Assembly: GCA_963590945.1 (NCBI GenBank) | Contig: CAVAQZ010000001.1 | Span: 23,220 to 87,219 of the forward strand | Length of the DNA: 64,000 nucleotides | Direction: 5' to 3' | DNA from: Dysosmobacter segnis | GTDB taxonomy: Bacteria; Actinomycetota; Actinomycetes; Actinomycetales; Bifidobacteriaceae | Made by a program: the position numbers and the translations under genes | Notes under the pieces: model-generated | Database searches by the model: none | Told to the model about the DNA's origin: nothing | The model's input: only the letters and a program-made list of their open reading frames with translations | In this document: positions 19,740 to 30,089 of the stretch, in pieces | Layout: the number at the start of each line of letters is the position of its first letter | Numbering within the stretch: the stretch's first letter is position 1

Positions 19740-19926
19740 CTTCCTTTCTCCATCCACTTCCCATCCACCGGTTCCATTATTTTTCTTTTTCCGATTTCCC
19801 CTCACAATCCGTTTCCCGCTGCGCGTGAGCACATCCGAACCCGCCAGAAAGAGGGTACTTTCGGGGGTATTCTGGGCATTCATTGGCTTTACGAACCCAA
19901 GATTTTCGGACTATGCTCGATAAACC

Positions 19927-20568
19927 ATGGATATTCATATTTTGAACCACCCGCTGGTGGAACATAAACTCACGATCCTCCGAGACAGGAACACTCCTTC
20001 CCCCGTGTTCCGCGAACTCGTCACCGAGCTTGTCACCCTGGAGGCGTATGAGGCGACCCGCAACATCGAAGTTGTGGACAAGCCGGTCGAAACCCCTGTT
20101 TCGCCTACCGTAGGCAAGACCATCGCCTCTCCGTCACCGCTCATCGTGCCGGTATTGCGCGCGGGACTGGGCATGCTAGACGGCATGATGAAGATGATTC
20201 CGACCGCCGAAGTCGGTTTCCTCGGCATGAAACGCGACGAAGACAACCCCACACGGCAGACCACGTACGCGAAGCGCCTGCCGGAGGATTTGACCGGACG
20301 CCACTGCTTCCTCATCGACCCGATGCTGGCCACTGGCGGCACGCTGGTCGCGGCCGCCCACTACCTGGCTGAGATCGGAGCCAAAGAGATTACCGCCATA
20401 TGCATTCTGGGCACTCCGGAAGGACTGAAATTCGTCGAGGACAACCTTGACCCGTCAATCAATTTCAATCTGGTGCTGTGCACGGTCGACGAAGGGCTCA
20501 ACGATCAGAGCTATATCGTTCCCGGCCTTGGAGATGCCGGCGACCGCCTGTACGGCGTCATCGACTAA
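19927..20568 (+). CDS. upp: Uracil phosphoribosyltransferase
   Basis: HPLVEHKLT, PVLRAGLGM, IDPMLATGG PRPP motif, YIVPGLGDAGDRLYG. Confidence 0.97.
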   Translation: MDIHILNHPLVEHKLTILRDRNTPSPVFRELVTELVTLEAYEATRNIEVVDKPVETPVSPTVGKTIASPSPLIVPVLRAGLGMLDGMMKMIPTAEVGFLGMKRDEDNPTRQTTYAKRLPEDLTGRHCFLIDPMLATGGTLVAAAHYLAEIGAKEITAICILGTPEGLKFVEDNLDPSINFNLVLCTVDEGLNDQSYIVPGLGDAGDRLYGVID

Positions 20569-20585
20569 ACACCCCACATGCAACG

Positions 20586-20651
20586 TGGCGCGGATCCCAT
20601 GAGATGGACTCGGTTCGAAGAATCCGAACCCATCTCATGGGATCCGCGCCA
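20586..20651. terminator. 22-bp perfect inverted repeat between convergent genes
   Basis: TGGCGCGGATCCCATGAGATGG / CCATCTCATGGGATCCGCGCCA. Confidence 0.75.
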
Positions 20652-20678
20652 TGTTTCAGACAATTCGGGCCTACCGAA

Positions 20679-21743
20679 TCAGCGGGGATCCGGCACGAAG
20701 GCCTCGAAAATGTGATGGTCGAACCAGTCGTCGCACTGGGCCAGCTCGTCACGGCTGCGTACTGTCCACGAAACCGGCACCGCACCCATGAATCGGGCCA
20801 GTCGAACCTGCGGACTGTTGCCGCCCTTCCAATCGTAGGCGATGAAATCGGGGCGGGAAATCCAATCAAAAGCAAGCGTTCCCGCCGCGTATTCCTTGGC
20901 CAGCGCCACGGGATCGGACGGCACGTCCTCACCCTGCGGCCACCAGGACAGCTGTCCGCGGCACACTTCCGGACGGTTCTCCTTATACCAGTTGACGGCG
21001 GCCGGATTGAACGATTCGACCACGTACTCGCCAGAATAGGCCTGCAGTAGCGCGTCGCCCTTCTCCATAAGCTCGACGTCGCGCGGAGTCCAGGCGGAAT
21101 TGTCATCGAACTTGTATTCCACGATCAGCGGCACGCGGCCGGCGACCACTTTGAGCACGTCCGAAAACAGCGGCACGTGCTGGTAGTAACCATCCGGAGC
21201 GGCATCCGGAGTCGTGACCAGCGGCGGTTTTTCCGTGGCGCCGGGAAGCGGCGTCGCCGCATCGGAGCCCGGCATGTCGGACGGGAACAGCGGAATGCGG
21301 GTCAGCTCATCGTAGGCGAGATCCTTGATAAGACGCGGATCCCCCGCAACGCGCATGAGATCGCCGTCATGAACCACCACGATTTCGCCGTCTCGCGTCA
21401 TCTGCAAGTCGAGCTCGATGCCATAGCCCGCCTCACAGGCCGCGGCGAAGGACGCGAGCGAGTTTTCCGGCGCGATCGACGTACACACGTCGGGATTGCC
21501 GTAGCCGGCCTTCATGGCCATACGGCGGGCGAGCGCCACGTATTCGCCGCTTTCCGAGGCGTATTGCGCGTTCAGGCCGGATCCTGCGTCGTGCAGTCCA
21601 CGATGGGCGTACCAAACGTCCGGAATGGCCGGAACGTAGTTGCGGCGCTTGTCGGAGAAGGTACGCGGCGCGATGGCCCACACCGCGGCTCCGGCTGCGA
21701 ACGCACCGAGAACCAGCGCTTTCTTGAACAACGAACTGGACAT
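20679..21743 (-). CDS. Glycerophosphodiester phosphodiesterase family protein
   Basis: AHRG, PENSLASF, IELDLQMTRDGEIVVVHD; N-terminal hydrophobic anchor. Confidence 0.9.
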   Translation of the reverse strand: MSSSLFKKALVLGAFAAGAAVWAIAPRTFSDKRRNYVPAIPDVWYAHRGLHDAGSGLNAQYASESGEYVALARRMAMKAGYGNPDVCTSIAPENSLASFAAACEAGYGIELDLQMTRDGEIVVVHDGDLMRVAGDPRLIKDLAYDELTRIPLFPSDMPGSDAATPLPGATEKPPLVTTPDAAPDGYYQHVPLFSDVLKVVAGRVPLIVEYKFDDNSAWTPRDVELMEKGDALLQAYSGEYVVESFNPAAVNWYKENRPEVCRGQLSWWPQGEDVPSDPVALAKEYAAGTLAFDWISRPDFIAYDWKGGNSPQVRLARFMGAVPVSWTVRSRDELAQCDDWFDHHIFEAFVPDPR

Positions 21744-21891
21744 AGGGCATGCTCCTTCACAATCGGCCCGGCATTATTCCCGATGCGCGGTTTCCACGTG
21801 CGAATCCACCTGGCCCCACACATGGGCGTCTTCTATGAGGGTATCCCAGATTCGTGCGCTTCGTCCGGTTTTCACCTGAAATTCAACAAAT

Positions 21892-21938
21892 TAAAAGAGG
21901 GTGACACGCCAAGCCGTTCGGCTGGCGCATCACCCTCT
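21892..21938 (-). terminator. Terminator of the sortase pilus operon
   Basis: AGAGGGTGA...TCACCCTCT stem, T-tract on the minus strand. Confidence 0.75.
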
Positions 21939-21976
21939 GGCAAGCGGTGCTCACACACCCGAGGCTACATTACCCC

Positions 21977-23737
21977 TCAGGCCTGCAGTTCGCGCTTGAC
22001 GGCGCGAATACGCACGGTCGCGATCGCCGCGACGACGATGAGCAGCGCCGCGATCACGGAGAACATCAGAATGCCCGCGCCACCGGTGAGGGGCAGCTGG
22101 GTGAGGGACTTCACGTTCTTCACCTTGATCGACTTATCGGCAGAATCCTGGGAAGCCAGCTTCAGCGCGTTGTTGTTCGATGTAAGGAGAAGCGTATTGC
22201 TCACCACACCGCCGGTAACCGACAGTTCCACTTTGACGGTGAACACCGGCTTGACGGCCTCCACGTCCATATAGCCGGTCGGGGCCTTGGTTTCCTTCAG
22301 TGTGTATATGCCGTCTTCGTCGGCTCCGGTGGCGATGTAGCCCTTCAGACCGTACACCTTGACATTGCCCGCACTGTCGGATTCCACTTCGGTGACCGTT
22401 CCGTCCGGGTCATAGTAGTAGTACGAGGTACCGTCCGCATTATCCACTTTGGTGAAGGTCAGCGGAGCGTCCGTGGCGCTCGTTCCTGCGAACACGTTGA
22501 ATTTGGCGCCGGAGATGGCCGCTTCGGCATCGCCGTTCTCACCGTACTTGAAGAACGCGAAGCCACCGACGTGCTGGTACGTGCTCGTGGTCTCCGACCA
22601 GTCGTTGTCGTTGTGCTGCACCTTGGCGGAGTTGCTGACGGTGTAGGCGTTCGTGGTTCCGGCATCCTTGTTCACGGTTGCGGAGTAGGTGATCCACAGC
22701 TGGTTGCCGGCCCAATTATGGGCGTCGGTGAAGGTCACCAGCATGGTGGTGGAGCCATCGTTATTCGGCGTCGTCGTGACGGCATACGCGGACGAATTGA
22801 TCGGGTGCTTGTCATCGGCACTCGTCGACTGCATATTACCCCAGTATGCCTTGATCTGAACGGCTCCGTCGGTCTCGTTGTAGGTCAGGCCCTTCGAGAT
22901 GGTATCGCTGATCTTGATCGGATACGTGGTGTAGCCGGCGGCGGCCTTCGACACGTTCGTCTGAACCACGTAGCACAGTTTTGTGCCGACGCTTACCGAC
23001 TTTCCGTTCAAAGACTCGGTGTTCTTGGTGATCTGCTCATCTTCGCTGCACATGGTCTCGTCATACACGTACTTGTTCGGCGCGTTCGGCTGGTTCTCGT
23101 TCTTCGGGTTGAACTTGCCGAGTTCGGTGACGTTCTTCTGGCCATCGTCAAGGTCGAATTCGATCTTGGTGTAGCCGTTGATCGTGGAGGTCACGACGGC
23201 GACGCTGTCCGTCACCGTGGAAGCGTCGGCTTCCGTGTGCTGCTTGACGACGATATACCAGCCTTCTTCGCTCAGAGGGATCTGCGTATCCGCAGGAGAG
23301 CTGGCGGTGTTGGTGGCCGATCCCTTCTTGAAGGTGTCAAGATTGGTGATTCCGCTCAGGGATGCCTGCATCCTCTCTGCGAACGTGCGCAGTTCCGAAG
23401 CGTTGAACGTGGCGATCCATGCGGCGATGTTATTGCTGTATTCCGTGGGAACGGTGCCGTTCTTCGCGGCCTGCGCGGCGGCGGAGATGGCGTCCAGGAA
23501 AGAGCCTTCCGCAGTGGTGGCGACGTCGATGTACGCGATCTTGGTGGCGTCACCGGCGCTGGCCTGCGGATTTGAGAATTCCGCGAATTTGTATGCCGTG
23601 TACGTATGGCCTTGCTGCGCGTTCAGCGCGGTGATGGTCGCGGTCGTATCGGCGGATGCGGTTGCGGCACCGAACATGGCGCCGCTGAGCAGGGTCGCCG
23701 CTGCGGCGATGCCTGCCAGGAGTTTTCTCATCTTCAT
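21977..23737 (-). CDS. Major (backbone) pilin, SpaH/EbpB/FimA type
   Basis: Signal peptide, FNPKN pilin-motif variant, E-box YTLKETKAPTGY, LPLTG + TM + basic tail. Confidence 0.9.
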   Translation of the reverse strand: MKMRKLLAGIAAAATLLSGAMFGAATASADTTATITALNAQQGHTYTAYKFAEFSNPQASAGDATKIAYIDVATTAEGSFLDAISAAAQAAKNGTVPTEYSNNIAAWIATFNASELRTFAERMQASLSGITNLDTFKKGSATNTASSPADTQIPLSEEGWYIVVKQHTEADASTVTDSVAVVTSTINGYTKIEFDLDDGQKNVTELGKFNPKNENQPNAPNKYVYDETMCSEDEQITKNTESLNGKSVSVGTKLCYVVQTNVSKAAAGYTTYPIKISDTISKGLTYNETDGAVQIKAYWGNMQSTSADDKHPINSSAYAVTTTPNNDGSTTMLVTFTDAHNWAGNQLWITYSATVNKDAGTTNAYTVSNSAKVQHNDNDWSETTSTYQHVGGFAFFKYGENGDAEAAISGAKFNVFAGTSATDAPLTFTKVDNADGTSYYYYDPDGTVTEVESDSAGNVKVYGLKGYIATGADEDGIYTLKETKAPTGYMDVEAVKPVFTVKVELSVTGGVVSNTLLLTSNNNALKLASQDSADKSIKVKNVKSLTQLPLTGGAGILMFSVIAALLIVVAAIATVRIRAVKRELQA

Positions 23738-23843
23738 GAGTTTCCTCTTCTCTGGTTTGTTGTTTTCGGGTTTGATGCTTTACAGGTATGCGGTCATCTG
23801 CGTTCCGGGGCAGGCGGTGGAGCCGCCGTGGAACGCCTTGCGT

Positions 23844-26800
23844 CTATTCCAATAACTGCTCCTTTCGCTGTTGTCGGCGCCACCATTCGCGGATGGCGAA
23901 TCCGGCGAATACCGCCAGCAAGCCCATGACAAGTCCTGATGCCAAATAGTTTCTGGTGGTCAATCCGCCGGTCAACGGCAGGTGTTCCGAACTCTTGCAC
24001 ACGTTCACGAACGCGGCCTCATCATTGGCGTCCGTGGCTGTCGGAGCGTCGTATCCCGGTGTGGTGACGATTACGGAGTACACGCCTTTCATCTGGTTCT
24101 CCTCCACGCGGAATCGCAGGTATCGCGCGTTTGTGGCGTAGGTGAGCGTGGCGTCGTTACCGGCGACTTCCGTCACCTTGTACACGTAGGCGCCCGGCTT
24201 GGAGAAGGTGAACGAGCCGAAGCCGATCTTGGCGAGGTCGCCCGCTTTGGTCGTGACCACATCGCTCTTTCCGACGGTCACCGACGTTCCGTTCGACGGG
24301 TCGGGAAGCGTGTCCAACGTGGTGGTGTCGGCGGTGCAGACGATGGAGCTCGCATCGCTGTATGAGCCGGCGTTGGCGCTGTAATTGCACTTTTCCACTG
24401 TGAACGTGAACCTGTCCCGGTCGGAATCCGACCAGTCGCGTCCGGAAAGCTGCTTGTACAACGGTGCGGAATCGGCGGTGCTGTCGATCGTCTTCGGGCT
24501 GAGCGTCTCATACGTGTTGACGAATTTGACGTCGTCCGCCGTTGCCGTCGAACCGTCGCCTTTCGTCACGCTTTTGGACGTATCCACGTTCAACGTGCCG
24601 TCGCGGTTGTCGGTTACCGTCACCGTCACCGTGTATGTCCACTGCTTGAACCAGATGCCGTCGATCTTCACGTCTTTGGCGGACGCGCCCGACTGCGGGG
24701 TGTAATCGGAATCATATTTGGTGTTCACCTCTCCGGTGTTCGGATTGGTGTGCTGCGGCAGCTCGTTGACTTCGAAAGTGTATGTCTTGCCGACATCGGA
24801 TTCGTTGAACACCAGATTGGCCAATTTGGTTACGGTGTTCGTTGCTTTGCCGTAACTCGTCTCACCCTTCGACTCGCTGCCGGCCGCATATTCGTTGGAG
24901 AATCTTCGGTCGCTCGCAAACGTTCCCGCTGCGATTCTCTGCGCCGAGGCTTCATCCTTTCCGCTGATGGTGAAGGTGAACTCGCCCGCGTACAGGTTGC
25001 GCGTGGTGCCGGCGTTCTTGTTGTGCAGTTCCTTGGTCACGGTGAATCCGGAGAACGCTGCGGTGGCGTGGTAGGCGTTGGTGAATGCCGCCTTGTCGGT
25101 CACCTTGCGATCATCCGTCGTTGCGGAGGACCTGTTGTTGTAGGTGACGCTTTCCACCTTCAATTTGCCGGTGTGCGTGCCGTTTTCGTCGGTATCGGAG
25201 ACCACGTAGGTAACCGTCGACGTGTGATCGTCGTATGTGACGCCCGCGATGCCGCCGGGTTCCTCCATGATATCGAACGTGTACGTTCCGGCTTTGCGGA
25301 ATGTGAGATCGGTGAAGTTGAACGATTTCGATTCACCGGCGTCCGCCGTCACATCCGTTGACGTTGCGCTGACGAGCGTGCTGGTAGCGGCGCAGGACGA
25401 GTCGCAATCGGCGCCGCTTACATAACCGTTCGTCACTGCGTTTTCCGTGGTCTCGTCCGCGGCCGTCACCTTGAACGAGAAGGAGTCGGTTTCGGTACGC
25501 GCACGCCCGGTCAGCGTCTTCATCCCTTCCGGAGTCGCAACAACTTCCGAAGCCACATACGTATTGGTGAACTGGATCGGATTCGAACCGTCTTCGGGAA
25601 CGTCGACCTTCATCAATGCGCCAGAATCGTCGGCCTTGTAGTAGGAAACGTTGGCATTCACCACGCCGTCCGTAACGGTCACCGCCACGAACACGTAGTA
25701 TGCCGTGGAATCGTAGGTCATGGCGCTGCCGGCGTCCGCGACCGTATCGGCGTTTTCCGTCACCTTGTACACGTACGTGTGGTCGCCGTGATCAGCTTCG
25801 AACGAAACGCTGGGGAACGAAGCCGTATGGAAGGCATCGAAGGACGAGTCCACGGAAACGCCGGCACCGTCCGGCATGGGTACTTCGGATGCGTTGTCAG
25901 GCAATTCAGAGACCGTCGACTTGTCCCCTTCGGATGTGGCGTAGCTGCCGATCGCGGTCAACTTCGTGCTGAACATGCCGGCTTGGTACGGGTAGCCGTT
26001 TTCCGAGTAGTTCTTGGTGGCGAAGAACGTGACCGCACGCGGGTCTTTGCTGTAGTTGTTGGTGAATTCCGCCTTGTTGCCCTCAACCGTCTCGCCGCTG
26101 CCGTCCGCGCCGGAATCGGTATGCGTCTGCACGGTCTTGACTTCTGTCACTGTAAGATCGCCGTTCTTAACGGAGACCGTGACCGTCACCGTGTATTGCG
26201 CACGCGAATAGTTGAACCCTGTCAAGGCTCCGGAGGACGGCATGGTTTCCGAAACCAGATACGTGTATGTGCCTGGTTTGGTGAAGGTGATGTCGCCGAA
26301 CGTCATGCTTTGCGAATCGTCGCCGGGAACCTGATAGGTCAACGTTTTCTTCATCACATGATTGCCGTTGCCGTCCACGTCGGAGACCGAGCAGCCGCCG
26401 CTTGATTGCGCGTCGCATACGGGCAGCGGCGTGTCTTGCGTCGTCTGCAGCTGGAATTCGAACGGATACGGACCGGTCGAATCTTCCGGCAGACCAGTCA
26501 CCTTTTTCACTGCCGTGACGAACTGGTCCGCGGCCAATGTGGTGTTGTTCGGCTGGTACACATTGCCCACCACCGCGGCTGATGTACCGGAGGAACGCTG
26601 GATCGTGCCGTTCAGATTGCTGGATTTGGCGCTTTCGAACACGTAGCCGTTCGGCAGGGACTCTTCCGTGATCGTGTAGGAGACGCCGTCGGAAATGTTG
26701 GCGATGCTGAGCGTCTGTTTGCGTGAAAGCTTGACTTGTTCCGTCCGAGCGCATTTCTCCTCGTCGGTGTCGCCTTCCGCCACGCAACGGACGAGCTGGC

Positions 26801-29800
26801 CGGAAGTGCTGTCTTCGGAATCACGTTCCAGTTTCATCACCACCGACTGGGCATCATCGAGCTTGCCATCGCCGGCTCCACCGGAAATCGTGCCGTAATA
26901 GTAGTCGGTCGCACCATCCTGCTGCAGTTTGGCGGCGTCATCCGCGCTTAACGTGATGTTGAACGAGAACTTCTGGGTATCGAAATCACTCGGCTTGTCA
27001 TAGCCGTCACCCACCGTGACTTTTTTGGTGAGCGTCAGACTGGCCTTGCGTTGGTCCTGCACGCGAATCACGCTCGCGCCTGTGAAGATATGCGCCAGAT
27101 CGGAATCCTTCAGGTCGAACCGAACGCCGGTCCCCTGCGACTCCCCTTTGTCTTCGGCCTGATCGACCTCGAAGTATGTCCAACCGGTGGTGTTGACGAA
27201 CCCATCGTCCGTCATCTTGCTCTGATCGGTCAACGTGTAGTAGCCGTTCTTGAAATCGCCCGTCCAACTGACGTCCACGGCCTTCTTGCTTTCGTCCCCG
27301 ATGGTTTCGGACCAGTTGCCGCTTGTCACGCATTCCTCGTCCGCGCAACGCACCTGCGTGACCCTCAGGTCGGAAAGCGTGCGGTTGATGGAACGATTGG
27401 CCGCGAACTGTTTGAGCACCTCATTTATGGTGCCGATATGCGTCATGGTGGACACGCCGTCGTCCTCCGTGCCGGCATCCGCGTAAATGCCGTTGTCGGT
27501 GATGAGCAGCTTCACCAAGGTGTCGTTGATTTCATAGCCTTCGGGCGCTTTGGTTTCCTTGACATAGTAGGTTCCGCTGTCAAGATCGACGCCGCTGCCT
27601 TCAACATCGTCGGAGGAGGAGCCCTTCATGCCGAACATGCAGGAGCCCTTCATCTCGTACGGATAGCTCGTGTTCGCCGTCACGCAGGTCTGCAATGCCG
27701 TGGCGCCATCCAACAGGGTCGCGCCGTCCTCGCTGACCTGATCCGCCGCATACAGGCTGAATTCCGCGCCTACCACCGGATTGCCGGCATCATCCACCTT
27801 CTGCACGATCGGATCGTTGCGTACGTCGGTAATGGCGATCTGCACACCAAAACTGCGCAGGAACTGCTGTCCGTTGCTGCCCACTTCGGAGGTGTCGAGA
27901 CGGAACGTATTGTCGGCGGTGATGCCGTCCACGGAGTCCGCAGTGGTGTAGTACGCGCCCAAAGCGTACAGCGAGTCGGCTTTCTCACTGTCGGAACGCA
28001 TAAAATAGTAGGTGAAGATGTCGCCGGGCATGCTGGAGATCGAGGCCGAGTATTTGCCTTCGGAGTCCAATCCGAAGAAATGCAGGAAATTCGTGCTCCC
28101 AGTGGCGTCCGAGTCAGCCAGTTCGGCGATGCTTCCCGTGTCATCCACAACGTTTTCGGAAAGGTCCCAACCTTCCAGCGCGCTTCCTGTGACCGCACTC
28201 CACGTATCGGTTTCCAAAGTGCCGGTGTCCGTTTTGTTCCTGTGCAGAATAACGGAGAACACCTTGCCTTTGGTCAGGTCATAGGCCGTGCCGTCCAAAC
28301 CGTAGACGGTGGTGCCGTTGGCCACGGTCATCGTTTCGTTGGCCACGGACCACGCGCCCGAATCCCACTTGCCGCTCTCCTCGTTGCAGAGCAGCAGACC
28401 ATCTCCCGTGGCGCCGATCTGATAGCGCAATCGTATGTCCGTGGATTTGCGGTATCCGGGCGGAGCGCTGGTTTCCTTCAGCACGTAGTGCGTGATGCCA
28501 CGCCCGTTGCGGGCAAGGTCGGCGAAGTTCACAGGTTTTCCGGTCTCGTAATTGGTGAACTTGTAGATGCCGTCCTTGTCGGTGGTGCCTTTGCTGATCA
28601 GGTCGGCCGCGGTGTAGGAATAGTCGCTGCCCGCCTTGTACAGTTCGAAGCTCGCCCCGGCGACTCGGTTGCCCTGCTGGTCGAGTTTGACGAGATTGTT
28701 TTCCGGAATGTCGGCGAGGTTGTATTTGATCTTCAGATTGGACTCGTTGTTGCCGCGTTCCAGATAGAAGAAGTCCAGCGTATGGTAGGTGCCGTCCGCG
28801 AAGGTGTTCGCGTTCGTCGTCGACCAGTCCAGCTTTTTGAACTCGTCGGAATCCTCGCCGTAGGCTTTGGCGAACATCTCGCGGATCGTCGTGTTGGTGT
28901 AGGTGGTGACACCGTCCGCGCTGCCCACCTTCACAGCGCCCGTCTGGAAGTTGATGCTCAGCGCCGCGCTGTTGTGGATGCCGCCCACGTCGCCGACCAG
29001 CACGCCGTCGATGAACACCCACACGTCATCGTCTCCACGGAAGTCGAAGGTCATCGCCGCGTCGTTGACGATGCCGTTGGCGGGCTGCATGAATTCCGAT
29101 TGGGAGTGCATGCCGAAGTAGTGGTTCAGCACGGAGCTCATCGGCCCGACTTTGCTCGACAGCGTCCCGTCCGAGTTCTCGCTGAACACATCGGATGCGG
29201 AGTTGAAGGGGAAGAACTCGCCATTACTCACACCAGCGGTGTCGTACAACGTCATGGAATACGATGATTTGCCCGATGTGGACGCATCATTCAGAGCGGC
29301 GAAATTCTCGGTGCTGTCGTATACGTAATAGCCGTTCTGCAGTTGCAGCAGGCCGGTCACGTTCGGATAGACCTTCTTGGAATCGCTCATATCCGTGTTC
29401 TCTGTATCGAACAGATAGTTCAGCGATTGCGTGCCGTCTGTTGTTCCGCCGCGCCACGAATACAGCTGGTTTGCCGCGATGACCGGATATCCGTCTTCCA
29501 ACAACGGTTTGACCATTCCGGAACGCGGGGACGCGCTTCCCGTCCACTTGTTGATGGTGGCCTGGCCGTTATAGGATTCGCCTCCATACGTGAAATGCAG
29601 CTGTTTGCCGCTGTTGATGCCCGAGTCGGAATGGTCGAACCATGTGTCGCTGCACGGATCGTAGCTATCCTGCGTATCCGCACAACCGTACGGCTGCACC
29701 CAATAGTCGAACAGGCTGATGGTGGTGCCGGACGGACTCACCGTATTGCCGACCACATGGTCCGGAAAGGGCACGCTCGAAGAGTCGTCCGCCCTGGCCG

Positions 29801-29921
29801 AAGGAGCCACGATTACCGTGGCAATGAGCGTCGTCACAGCCACCAAAACAGCGACGGGGGTATAAAACAGCCTTAATGCACCCCTGCCCGACCTTCCGCC
29901 CGAACAAGAGAACACCCCCAT
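23844..29921 (-). CDS. Large ancillary/tip pilin adhesin (~2025 aa) with fibro-slime/PA14-like domain and repeated isopeptide Ig-like domains
   Basis: Signal peptide; FRGDDDVWVFIDG..VGDVGGIH and FFYLERG; E-boxes; repeated TF.KPGTY.Y.V.E...FTN.Y units; LPLTG anchor. Confidence 0.88.
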   Translation of the reverse strand: MGVFSCSGGRSGRGALRLFYTPVAVLVAVTTLIATVIVAPSARADDSSSVPFPDHVVGNTVSPSGTTISLFDYWVQPYGCADTQDSYDPCSDTWFDHSDSGINSGKQLHFTYGGESYNGQATINKWTGSASPRSGMVKPLLEDGYPVIAANQLYSWRGGTTDGTQSLNYLFDTENTDMSDSKKVYPNVTGLLQLQNGYYVYDSTENFAALNDASTSGKSSYSMTLYDTAGVSNGEFFPFNSASDVFSENSDGTLSSKVGPMSSVLNHYFGMHSQSEFMQPANGIVNDAAMTFDFRGDDDVWVFIDGVLVGDVGGIHNSAALSINFQTGAVKVGSADGVTTYTNTTIREMFAKAYGEDSDEFKKLDWSTTNANTFADGTYHTLDFFYLERGNNESNLKIKYNLADIPENNLVKLDQQGNRVAGASFELYKAGSDYSYTAADLISKGTTDKDGIYKFTNYETGKPVNFADLARNGRGITHYVLKETSAPPGYRKSTDIRLRYQIGATGDGLLLCNEESGKWDSGAWSVANETMTVANGTTVYGLDGTAYDLTKGKVFSVILHRNKTDTGTLETDTWSAVTGSALEGWDLSENVVDDTGSIAELADSDATGSTNFLHFFGLDSEGKYSASISSMPGDIFTYYFMRSDSEKADSLYALGAYYTTADSVDGITADNTFRLDTSEVGSNGQQFLRSFGVQIAITDVRNDPIVQKVDDAGNPVVGAEFSLYAADQVSEDGATLLDGATALQTCVTANTSYPYEMKGSCMFGMKGSSSDDVEGSGVDLDSGTYYVKETKAPEGYEINDTLVKLLITDNGIYADAGTEDDGVSTMTHIGTINEVLKQFAANRSINRTLSDLRVTQVRCADEECVTSGNWSETIGDESKKAVDVSWTGDFKNGYYTLTDQSKMTDDGFVNTTGWTYFEVDQAEDKGESQGTGVRFDLKDSDLAHIFTGASVIRVQDQRKASLTLTKKVTVGDGYDKPSDFDTQKFSFNITLSADDAAKLQQDGATDYYYGTISGGAGDGKLDDAQSVVMKLERDSEDSTSGQLVRCVAEGDTDEEKCARTEQVKLSRKQTLSIANISDGVSYTITEESLPNGYVFESAKSSNLNGTIQRSSGTSAAVVGNVYQPNNTTLAADQFVTAVKKVTGLPEDSTGPYPFEFQLQTTQDTPLPVCDAQSSGGCSVSDVDGNGNHVMKKTLTYQVPGDDSQSMTFGDITFTKPGTYTYLVSETMPSSGALTGFNYSRAQYTVTVTVSVKNGDLTVTEVKTVQTHTDSGADGSGETVEGNKAEFTNNYSKDPRAVTFFATKNYSENGYPYQAGMFSTKLTAIGSYATSEGDKSTVSELPDNASEVPMPDGAGVSVDSSFDAFHTASFPSVSFEADHGDHTYVYKVTENADTVADAGSAMTYDSTAYYVFVAVTVTDGVVNANVSYYKADDSGALMKVDVPEDGSNPIQFTNTYVASEVVATPEGMKTLTGRARTETDSFSFKVTAADETTENAVTNGYVSGADCDSSCAATSTLVSATSTDVTADAGESKSFNFTDLTFRKAGTYTFDIMEEPGGIAGVTYDDHTSTVTYVVSDTDENGTHTGKLKVESVTYNNRSSATTDDRKVTDKAAFTNAYHATAAFSGFTVTKELHNKNAGTTRNLYAGEFTFTISGKDEASAQRIAAGTFASDRRFSNEYAAGSESKGETSYGKATNTVTKLANLVFNESDVGKTYTFEVNELPQHTNPNTGEVNTKYDSDYTPQSGASAKDVKIDGIWFKQWTYTVTVTVTDNRDGTLNVDTSKSVTKGDGSTATADDVKFVNTYETLSPKTIDSTADSAPLYKQLSGRDWSDSDRDRFTFTVEKCNYSANAGSYSDASSIVCTADTTTLDTLPDPSNGTSVTVGKSDVVTTKAGDLAKIGFGSFTFSKPGAYVYKVTEVAGNDATLTYATNARYLRFRVEENQMKGVYSVIVTTPGYDAPTATDANDEAAFVNVCKSSEHLPLTGGLTTRNYLASGLVMGLLAVFAGFAIREWWRRQQRKEQLLE

Positions 29922-30089
29922 CACCAACCTCTCTTTCGACACGAAAGTCAAATGAACATTCGCAAAACAGGCAACCAACGGCATTCGACAGAAAAAACGA
30001 ATAATCACAACCATACACAACCCCGTATACACCCGATGGCCCCCATGGAATGGTGGGGGCGCGAACCAACGCATTTCGTCGTTGGAGGA

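Noticed and set aside
29032..29040. RGD integrin-binding motif in the adhesin
   Set aside because: Part of the conserved F.GDDD core of the fibro-slime domain; coincidental
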